From: a virus
IMG/VR virus record: IMGVR_UViG_3300025120_000019
Length of the DNA: 64,000 nucleotides
Strand: one strand, 5' to 3'
Numbering within the stretch: position 1 is the stretch's first letter; each line of letters begins with the position of its first letter. The position numbers were made by a program, and so were the translations under genes. The notes below the pieces were generated by a model. It did no database searches. It saw only the letters and a list, made by a program, of their open reading frames with translations, and was not told the DNA's origin. This document shows, in pieces, positions 1 through 10,300 of the stretch.

Positions 1-2
1 CA

Positions 3-3000
3 GCAACTACAGATTTTATAACTGAAAAATATCAAGGATATAATTTCAACGCAACAAAGTGTGAAAGAGATACAAAATATATAATTGATGCTCTTTCATA
101 TGACTTATTGTACGGTGGTAATAGTGCTACTATAGATGTAGCTAAAAGTTATTGGGTAGGAACACAAACACAAGTAGCTGATCAAAAAGAAGAAACAGCA
201 GTCACCATAGACTATGTTGGAAAAATATGTGACGAAATAATTAGAGATAAAGATGTTGATTATAAATGGCAAGGTGTAGTAAATCAAGATAAAACTAATG
301 GTGCTGGTACAATTATAGAAGTAGGTAGGGTACAAACACTAGTACAAATTATGGAAGATGTAATTGAAAACGGACTTGATAATCTTCCATCTACTACATA
401 TCCAGATTACCCACAATGGGTAGATACAGATGTTGTACAAGGTATCTCAAACTTGTTTAGTCAAAAAGAAACAATTAAAACTGAAACTGTAGATTATATT
501 GATGCAACATATAATGGTTACTCATATGATCAAGCTAAGTGCAAGCAAGATACTGGATTCTTAATAGATGCAATTACACATGATTCATTTTATGAATCTA
601 ATATTCAAACACTTATTGCAACTAGAGCATACTTTTTAGGATCTGCTCAGTATCTTCCATCTTATCAAGTAGCAAACACAGTAACAGCATACACACATTT
701 ACAAAGTGTAATAGACGATTGTATACAAGGTGTAGCAGTTACTAAATCTGCAGGAAATCCACTTAATCAAACACTAAGTGGTAATTATGGTAATTCTACT
801 GTAGCAAATACTTTTACAGGCTTGATTAATATAACAAAAACAGCAATAAACAATCAAACACTTGTTGGTACTCCAGCAGAAATAGAACCAAACTATAGCT
901 GGATATCACAGGCAACAAGAAACGCTTGTTTAGAATTTTTTAGTCAAAGAGCTTACTATCAAACTGAAGTTATTAACTATCTGAATACAAAAGTTATTGG
1001 CTTTACTTATAATATTGATAAGTGTAAAAGAGATACTGGATATATTATTGATGCCGCTGTGTACGACATGGTTTATGGTGGTGATAAGCAAACACAGAGA
1101 GCCGCAACTGCATATTATAGTGGTACAGTATTACAGGTGACTAACAATGCATATACTGACCAGTGTGAAATAACTGCATATGCTAATTACTATCTTGCAG
1201 ATATTATTGCTAAAGTTTCAATAAATGATACTGTAACAAAAAGTTTTGGCAACACATTTAATCAGATACAAACTATACCAGACGGAAGTACCTTGATAGG
1301 AACAGCAACATATCCGGGTGCAACTTGTGAATTATTGATTAATAGATTAGCAGATTCGATTTATAATAAATCAGTAAGTGGTTGGTTTGAAAGAGAACCT
1401 GACTTAACATTAGGTAACAGCATTTATTTGACTGAACGTAATACTATACTTGCCGCTGAACAAACTATTGTAGACAATGCTATTTCAGCATTAAACTTAC
1501 AATATGGTGGTAGATTTGATGTTAACTTATTTCCAGGAATAATAAGTGTAACTACTGATAAGTTAGGTAGCTTGCATAATGTAAGTACAGTAAGTACTTC
1601 AGGTCACGCATTTGAATATGTAGGTGCAGGTATAACATATAATGCACTACCGTTCTTTGGAGGTACGGCTGTTCCTTCAACAGAAATTATACAAAGTAAT
1701 CAAGGTAAAGTTTTTGCAGGTGGTACTGTTGACCAAATCGGTAACTTTAGAGTTGGTGACTTCTTTGGTGTAAATGCATTAACAGGTAGCATCACACTTA
1801 ATGCTAATGAAATTGATTTATCAGGATTAACTAGTGTTGGACCTTTCATTAGAAACGGTATTCCAGTTGGTGTAGAATTAAAAGAGGTTAGTGATAATGA
1901 AGCACTTGTTTCAAGTTTAGGTACACAGGATTTAAATACTGCTCCTACTCAAAGAGCTGTTTCTAATTATGTTGAAGCTAGATATCTAAATAAATTAACT
2001 GGTGGTACAGTTCAAGGAAACGTTACACTAAACGGAAACTTTGATGTAAATGGTAGTGTTATTTCAACTACTTCAACTGGTGCTTTTGAATTATTAAACA
2101 CAAACGCAACAACAGTTAACGCATTTGGACAAGCAACGGCTATAAATTTAGGCGCCGCAAATGGACTAGTAACTATTAATCCTGATATGACAGTTCAAGG
2201 CGCATTAACTGTAAATGGTAATTTGATATTTACAGGCGATGTTGCAATTACTATACCGGACGAAGAATTACAAGCATATAGTATTACAGAAGGAACAGAA
2301 GATTACATTAGTATTAATACTAGATCAGGTGAAGAATCAGTAACCTTTGGTCAACAACCAAGTGTAATTATTGCTAATACAACTGATAGTACAAGTAAAG
2401 ATACAGGGTCGTTAATAGTAGATGGTGGAGCCGGTATTGAAAAGAATATTAATGTAGGCGGCAGTGCAGACATTGATGATAACTTAACACTAGGTACAGA
2501 CAGAACTGTAAACGCACATACTATTAAAGGTAAAATAGATATTGATATACCAGATTCTGGTATTAACAATTTTAGAATACACGAAAACCTAAGTGAATAC
2601 TTAGACATTGTAACAACAGATGGTTCAGAATCTATAAAACTTGGTACAACACCTAAACTTGTTGTACAAAATAACACAAATGCTACAAGTAGCACAACTG
2701 GTGCAGTACAAATTACAGGTGGGTTAAGTACACAACAAGATATCCATGCTGGTAATGATATAACAGCAGATAGAGATTTAAAAGCTGATAGAGATGTTGA
2801 AGTAAATGGCACAAATATTATTACAGATGAAACAGGTGCTTTCAATGTATTCAATACAAATGCTACAACAATAAATGCGTTTGGAGCCGCTACATCAGTT
2901 AACATAGGAGCGGCAACAGGTACATTAACTATAAACAACGAGGTTGTAATTGTAGATAGTGTTGCTGGTTTCCAAATTCCGGTTGGTACCACAGGACAGC

Positions 3001-4082
3001 GTCCAACAAATGTTACAGGTAGAATTAGATTTAACACTACTACAAATGCATTTGAAGGTTACGATGGTGTAGCGTGGAATAGCTTAGGTGGTGTAATTGA
3101 TGTAGATCAAAATACATATATCTTAGCTGAAGATACACCTGGTGCTGATAACAATGAATTAGACTTTTATACAGAAGGAACTAAACGGGCAACACTTTCT
3201 AACACCGAATTTAATATTGGTACAACAACTATTCTAAATGTACAAAATACTACTGAAAGTACAGATTATCAAACCGGCGGATTAGTTGTATCAGGTGGTG
3301 CTGGAATAGCTAAAGATTTACACGTACAAGGATTTATAGGTGGTGATAATAGCGGAGTGCTTACACTAGCCAATGTTGCAAGTGATAAAATATTAATAAA
3401 AGCAGATACTATTGAATCTCCTGAATCGTTAAAAATTATTACTAATGCACCGGATAGTGCCGCCGACGATGTAGTATATCCAGTTAGTTTAGCACATCAT
3501 AGTGTTAGTGGATCTCCAACAGTTGGTAGTGGTACAGGACTTAAATTTGAATTAGAAACTTCAAATAACAATTTTGAAGTAGGCGGACAAATTGAAGTTA
3601 CAGCAATTGATATTACTGGTAACCAAGAAGATTTTGATATGGTATTCAAAACAATGGTTAACGGTACAGCTGGTATTGAAAAATTTAGAATAAGTGACAC
3701 AACTAGTACATTTACAAATAATGTACAAGTAGATCAAAGCTTATTTGTTACAGGTGTGCTTGATGCTTCAAGCTTTAGAGGTAGTGTTGTTGCTGATGAT
3801 AGTACTGAAATTATTGACGCTATTAATAATAAACTTACTGTTGTAAACGGAGCAATAGGAACCTTATCATTAACAACTGATTTAGAAGTACAATATGGTG
3901 GTACTGGTAGAAGTAGCTTTGTTCCAAACGGTATTGTTTATGGAGATAATACAAGTCAATTGCAAGTTACAGAAGCGGCAGGTAGTGCAGATATTAATAC
4001 ATCATTCCAAATGCTAACAGTAACAGATTCAGGCGATGATACTCCAATTTGGACAGACACAATAGACGGCGGTTCATTTTGA
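3..4082 (+). CDS. Large virion structural / tail fibre-like protein, 5'-truncated (reading frame open from position 3)
   Basis: Frame is open upstream of the tracked TTG at 108 (ATTDFITEKYQGYNFNATKCERD...). Has three KCxR/QD helical repeats, a SGHAFEYVGAG...GNFRVG domain, TNATTxNAFG repeats, a GTTGQRP...IRFN motif and C-terminal IDGGSF, as seen in T4-like phage fibre/structural proteins. Confidence 0.75.
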   Translation, partial: ATTDFITEKYQGYNFNATKCERDTKYIIDALSYDLLYGGNSATIDVAKSYWVGTQTQVADQKEETAVTIDYVGKICDEIIRDKDVDYKWQGVVNQDKTNGAGTIIEVGRVQTLVQIMEDVIENGLDNLPSTTYPDYPQWVDTDVVQGISNLFSQKETIKTETVDYIDATYNGYSYDQAKCKQDTGFLIDAITHDSFYESNIQTLIATRAYFLGSAQYLPSYQVANTVTAYTHLQSVIDDCIQGVAVTKSAGNPLNQTLSGNYGNSTVANTFTGLINITKTAINNQTLVGTPAEIEPNYSWISQATRNACLEFFSQRAYYQTEVINYLNTKVIGFTYNIDKCKRDTGYIIDAAVYDMVYGGDKQTQRAATAYYSGTVLQVTNNAYTDQCEITAYANYYLADIIAKVSINDTVTKSFGNTFNQIQTIPDGSTLIGTATYPGATCELLINRLADSIYNKSVSGWFEREPDLTLGNSIYLTERNTILAAEQTIVDNAISALNLQYGGRFDVNLFPGIISVTTDKLGSLHNVSTVSTSGHAFEYVGAGITYNALPFFGGTAVPSTEIIQSNQGKVFAGGTVDQIGNFRVGDFFGVNALTGSITLNANEIDLSGLTSVGPFIRNGIPVGVELKEVSDNEALVSSLGTQDLNTAPTQRAVSNYVEARYLNKLTGGTVQGNVTLNGNFDVNGSVISTTSTGAFELLNTNATTVNAFGQATAINLGAANGLVTINPDMTVQGALTVNGNLIFTGDVAITIPDEELQAYSITEGTEDYISINTRSGEESVTFGQQPSVIIANTTDSTSKDTGSLIVDGGAGIEKNINVGGSADIDDNLTLGTDRTVNAHTIKGKIDIDIPDSGINNFRIHENLSEYLDIVTTDGSESIKLGTTPKLVVQNNTNATSSTTGAVQITGGLSTQQDIHAGNDITADRDLKADRDVEVNGTNIITDETGAFNVFNTNATTINAFGAATSVNIGAATGTLTINNEVVIVDSVAGFQIPVGTTGQRPTNVTGRIRFNTTTNAFEGYDGVAWNSLGGVIDVDQNTYILAEDTPGADNNELDFYTEGTKRATLSNTEFNIGTTTILNVQNTTESTDYQTGGLVVSGGAGIAKDLHVQGFIGGDNSGVLTLANVASDKILIKADTIESPESLKIITNAPDSAADDVVYPVSLAHHSVSGSPTVGSGTGLKFELETSNNNFEVGGQIEVTAIDITGNQEDFDMVFKTMVNGTAGIEKFRISDTTSTFTNNVQVDQSLFVTGVLDASSFRGSVVADDSTEIIDAINNKLTVVNGAIGTLSLTTDLEVQYGGTGRSSFVPNGIVYGDNTSQLQVTEAAGSADINTSFQMLTVTDSGDDTPIWTDTIDGGSF

Positions 4083-4210
4083 TAGCTTGGCATAAAAAAC
4101 AAATAGAATGGTATAGTGATAAACTAGGTATTGGCTGGTATGGTATAGCTTGGATTGCATTCGCAAAAGGTATAATACTAACAATTATTATTGACTTTTT
4201 GTTGTTCTAG
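4079..4210 (+). CDS. Small Trp-rich membrane protein (43 aa), not in ORF track
   Basis: TTG start overlaps the upstream TGA (TTGA). Translation MIAWHKKQIEWYSDKLGIGWYGIAWIAFAKGIILTIIIDFLLF has a hydrophobic C-terminus and fills the gap before the next promoter. Confidence 0.6.
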   Translation: MIAWHKKQIEWYSDKLGIGWYGIAWIAFAKGIILTIIIDFLLF

Positions 4211-4242
4211 ATCTATAAAACACCCACTATTTTAATCCTTGA

Positions 4243-4248
4243 TAAATA
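4243..4248 (+). promoter_or_regulatory. T4-type late promoter core (gaTAAATAc) for the 3929-aa gene
   Basis: TAAATA in intergenic DNA, the same motif found before many structural genes here; AGGAGG SD just before ATG 4328. Confidence 0.6.
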
Positions 4249-4327
4249 CATTTAAGAGCGATTTCTATCGTAATTAAAATTATGGGCGTCTATATAGACT
4301 TGACTCGTACCTAAATAGGAGGCCGTT

Positions 4328-7300
4328 ATGGCAACAAAAATCAAGCATAAGCGTAGTGCGGTTGCTGGGAAGCAACCAAGTGTATCGCAGTTAGAATCAG
4401 GTGAATTAGCTATTAACACCGCAGACGGAAAAGTATACCTTTTGCGTGATGATAATACAGTTCAAGATATAACAAAAAGAGTTTTTGAAGGAAATACAGA
4501 ATTAAAAGTTGATGATTTAGGTGATAGTACGTCAGCCGCAATTACTGCAAGAGTAAATGCTGACGATAAAATGATAATCACTGATAACGGCATCAATATA
4601 AATGATGATGTACAGATTGAAAATGCCAACACACTTACACTTAAAGAATTAACAGGATCTGGTGCAGACGGAGTAAGTCTAAAAGCACCTGATACGCTTG
4701 ACGCTGGATACTCACTAACATTGCCTCCAAATAGTGGTACTATAGGTCAGCTTTTAAAAACAGATGCTAATGGAAATTTAAGTTTTACTGATCCTGATAT
4801 TTTTGGCGGTAATGTTGTCTACGTTTCTAATGAACAAGGTGATGATATAAATGACGGTCAAAGTGCTCCTGTAAAAACAATTAAACGTGCCTGTCAGATT
4901 GCTTCTGGGTTAGTTTATAATACAGACGGCACAACAAATAATAAACGTGTAAACGTTAAAGTTGCTGTTGGAGATTACACTGAACAAAATCCTATTATTG
5001 TTCCAGATAACACAGTTATTAAAGGTGACGGCTTACGTGGATGTATTTTACGTCCAGCAAATGCTAACGAAGATATGTTACGGGTGCGTAATGCTTGTTA
5101 CTTTGGTGAAGTTACATTTAGAGACGGTGTAGACGAGAACGGAGTTCCATTAATTACTTTTGATTATGCTGTTGCTTTTGATGATCCGTTTGATGTAACT
5201 GTAGCTAGGGTTGGCTATACAAATATGCCAACTTCTAGACCCTTTATTACTACTTCACCATATATCCAAAACTGTTCCATACTTTCATTCTTAGGCGGTA
5301 ACGGAGCAAAAATTGATGGTAGTAAAATTACATCTCCAAACGTTGGACTAGTACCTTCAGAGCAAGAAAACCCAGTTGTAGGATCAATACCTGAACAAGG
5401 TAAGTCAATGGTTGCTAACGCCTTTACTATTCTGTCCTTCGGCGGTACAGCATGGCGATTAACCAACGATGCTTATGCACAGATTGTGTCTTGTTTTGAA
5501 ATCTTCCTACTAAACGGTGTTTATACACAGTCCGGCGGATATTGTTCTATTACTAACTCCGCTACAAACTTTGGTTTGTATGCGTTGAGATCAAGTGGGT
5601 ATTCACCTAAAGCTTTTGAATTTGATAGAGCATTTGTATCGTCAACAGGTGCTTTTGAAGGATTACAAACTTTAAGTGTAGTTGGTATTAATCGTGCTTC
5701 ACCAGTTGAAGAATTTGTATTAAGATTTAGAGACCCTGATTATAAAACTGCACGTGACTTGTTATTATTAGCTAAAAATACTATTGCAACTGATACCGTT
5801 TCATATATCAATACTCAAATTGCTGGTGCATCTGCAAGCATTTGGGCAGGATATGATTACGATCCACTGCAAGCAAAATGTGAAAGAGATACAAAATTAT
5901 TAGTAGATGCTATTAGGTACGACGCGGCGTTTAACACAAATTATAGATCAATTGCATCTGTAATTACATACTTTAATGGACGTCAAACACCAGCAGTATT
6001 TGAATCACAAAGACTACAAGAAGTAGATGCTTTTACACAAGCAAAAGCATTTACTACAAATATAACACAAGATTCCACATATGATGCAAGAGTTAACGCA
6101 TTATGGGATGAAGTTATTGATATTCTGGAACACTCTGGAACATATACTGCTGGCACAGGTACTTCATATAATGCGGCAAGCGGTTCACTTATTTTAAACG
6201 TAGGTGCTCACGATTTAACTGTAGGAACCCAGATTGAAATTGCTCCTAACAGCTTATCATTCAGCTGTGACTATGGACAAGGTGCTCATACTTATGTAGG
6301 TGGTACTGTAACAGATGCAATTACAATTACTTCAGGTAGTGTTAAAAGAGATGTAACTGATGCAACATACAATCATGCAACAGGCGTAATGGAACTTACT
6401 ATAGGTTCACATAGTTTTACAACTAGTGACACAGTAACAATAGAAACAAATTCTTTAACATTTACTTGTGCGGCTGATAGTAATGCAACAAACCATACCT
6501 ATCCAAGAGTAGGAGATCCAGCCGACGGAGTTGCAATAGCTATTTCAGCAGTATCCGGTACTACAATAACTGTTAATGTAGGAGCAGTTGGCTCGTCAAG
6601 TTCTACTAAAACATATCCAAGAGCAGTTAATGCATCTAACGGAGATCCAGATCCGGCATACAAAACTCCTGTTACAATTACCGCAGTAAATGCAACTACA
6701 GTTACAGTAAATATTGGTAACGCAGGATCAGCCGCTTCGTCAGCTCATACTTTTGAAAGTGCTACAGCTAATTCTATTACAGTTGCAGGTACTGGAACAT
6801 TTTCAGATCCCACAGGCTATAATACAAGCTACCTTGCAGGCTACGGTAATGCAAGAGCACAATTAATTGCAAATAGAAAATTTATTGTTGCAGAAATTAC
6901 AGCCTATGTTAATAATCAAATTGCCGCTGGAACTGCACCATTTTCAAAAACATTTACATATAGTAAAGAAAAATGTGAAGAAGATATTGGACATTATTTA
7001 GATGCATTTTTATATGATTTAACATATGGTGGTAACTTACAAACTATTGATGCCGCTAATCAAAATTTTACTAATACAACACAAGCAGGTGGACTTGCTA
7101 ATAATAGACTATCAGAATATGGCGAAAAAGCACAAACACTTGCCGCTTATGTTAGATTGAAAGAAGTATTAGGTCAAATTGTTCAAGAACAAACAGTAAC
7201 TAAAAGTGGTGGAGGAGTTCATACTTATGTAGGTGGTACTGTAACAAATGCGGTTACTATAACAGCACCAAATCAATCAACTGTTCAAAGAGATGTTACA

Positions 7301-10300
7301 AATGCAACATATGATCCTGATACAGGTCTAAGTGTTATTACTATAGGTTCACACAGTTTTACTACAAGCGATAAAGCAACAATAGTTACAAATTCATTAT
7401 CATTTACTTGTGATACAGATGGTAATACTGTAACCAAAACATATCCAAGATCAACTGATCCAGCCGCTGGCACTGCTTTATCAATAGCATCAGTAACTGG
7501 CAATACTATTACTGTAAACATAGGTAAATCTGGAAATACTGTAACACAGGATGTATCAGGTACAGCAGGCGGATCAGATACCGCAGTTTTTGTACAAGCT
7601 AGAATGCAAGAAGTTATAGATTTTATCACAGCAGATGGAGCAACACAACCAACAAAAATTGATCCAGGCGTTAGCTGGGTTGCACAAGCGTATCAAGATG
7701 ACTTAATCCGATTAAATGCAGAAGGTCAAAAAAATATTGCACAAAATGTATCTGGATATATCGAAACACAAACTGAAGCCGCTAAATGGTATAATTTTGT
7801 ATACGATTCAGCCAAGTGCTTAAGAGATACAAAATTAATTGTTGAGGCTGTAGCAAAAGATACCTGGGATACTGGTAACAGATATTCAAGAAGTGCTGGA
7901 CTTTCTTATTACACAAAAAATTTAGCAGACTCGTCACAAATTAGTATTAGTGGACAAGAGAGACAAACAATTGATGCAATCAAAAAAGCAAGAGATTTAG
8001 CATTAACTTATATTACATCAGTATCTGCGGGAACACAAAACTTTGTCTCATCAAGATTTGATATTGTTACTACAATTATTAATGATCCTGGTGATTTACC
8101 AGATGCACAAGATGTAAGTTCTGAAGGTGATACAACAAACAATTTTAAAACTAATGCTACTGAAAAATCATTTAATGCGGCTACAGATGTAAACATAGGT
8201 GTTGATGTCATTACTATTACTGGACATGGATTTGCAAATTTACAAAAAGTAATTTATACTGCTAACGGCAATACACCATTAGGTGGACTAGACGAAGAAC
8301 AAACATACTACATAAACATAATTAATGACGATGAATTTAAACTTACTTTTGATGAATCTGGAGATTTTCCAGTCGATATTAGAGTATTAAGCACAGGAAG
8401 TCATAAGTTCCTATCAGGAGTAATTGAATTTTTTGTACAAGAGATAACATCTTCGCACACAACATACCAGCAATTAGAACTAGAGTCTGGATCAGAAAGT
8501 TTTGTTTTTACTCCAGGTAAATCGATAGCTGGTACAACAGGTTCAAGTAATAACAGTGCTATTGTTTCTAGTTGGGAACCAGCAGAACGTAGACTTATTG
8601 TAAGTGTTGAACAAGTTGCAGTTGGAAGTAGTTTGTTACGTATTCAATTTGATGCTACAAGTGTTATCACAGCAGACCACGCAGGAACTCCAAATGCAAG
8701 TATTGGGGTTAATGCCGTTCAAGCAAAAACAGGATTAGGTAGTGCTACATTTTCAGTAAAAGCTACAGACGGAAGTAGTAGTTTAACAAATTTAGGCAAT
8801 TTACCTGAAAGTCAAGTATGGTTCCATAGACCTAGTATTGTTAACTCATCTTCTCACACATGGGAATATGCAGGTTCGGGTACAGACTATAACGCACTAC
8901 CGCAAAACGGTGGTAACACCAAAGCAGAGTTTGAACAGTTTGAAGAACTACCAGGGCGTGTATACTCATCAGGTACAAACGAACTTGGTGACTTTAAAGT
9001 TGGTGACTTTATTACAGCGTTTAACAGAACAGGTAACATTACATTTAGAAACAAAGTACAGGTGGACGAACTTGATGCTTTGAGATTAAGTGTTTCCGAT
9101 GTTATTATTGAAGAAATTTCAACAAGTGTTAACTTAGGTGATGACGAATTAGGTGGTGCAACTAATACTAGATTATCAACCCAGTTAGCTGTGAGATCCT
9201 TTATTAGTAATAGACTAGGTGGATTTGTTGATAAAACTGTGAGTACTGCGGCAGTACCGGGTGCTATTGTTCAACTTAATGTTAACGGACAATTAAACGC
9301 TGACTTGATTCCTGCTACACGACAGTTTACAAATACAAATACTTTTGGATATCTTTCAAGACTAGATCAAATTGACGATATACCGGCTGTAGATTTAAAG
9401 GCTGGCGATATTGGTACTGAAAACTATGAACAACAAGAATTAACATTAAGTGGAAATATTTCAGCGGCAGACGGAGCAACAATAACACAACCTACTTCTT
9501 TTGGTGCTACAGGCTATGCTAAAGGACTCTATGGTAATAGTGGTAACATTTTGGTTGCAAGTATTACTGGTGAATGGATTGCGGGTGATGATAGTACAGG
9601 GTCACAATGGGCAACAGGCGCTGGAAATAATTTATTTGTAGACGGTGTTGACTCCGGAGTATATCCAACTGCACTTGGCGTAGTTAGTGAAATAGTTGAT
9701 AACTTCTTTATAAAAACATCTAATAGTAGTCAGTTCTTAGTTTTAGATCCTACACCAAATTATACATTTACAACCAATGCTATAGCAAATGCGGCTAGAA
9801 CAAGTAATGTATCTACTATTACAACCAGTGGCGCTCATAATCTACAAATTGGAAATACTGTCAATGTTACTATAGCTGATAATTCAACATTTGATGAAAA
9901 TGCAGTAGTTATTAGTACACCTACTGCAACATCATTTACATATGCAAATGTTGATCCTGATAATGTTGGTAGTTTTAGTGTAACTAGCGGTACAGTAGGG
10001 ACAGTTGTAAAAAGTGCTGATGGTGATGCACAAGGTAAAGTTACAGAAACAAGATTTGGTGTAGCAACTGGTGTTGACAATGCGGCAATTACTGGCGGTA
10101 GTTTATATACCCCAACTACCGGAAGTAAAATATACAAAAATATTCCAATGACAGCCGTAACAGGAAGTGGAACTGGTGCTAGGGCAAATATTACAGTCAC
10201 AGCAGGACAGATAACAGATGTTGACCTAATAAGAGGTGGTACAGGATATGCGTCAGGCGACGAGCTTGGTGCAAGCCCTACAGACATTGGCGGCACAGGT

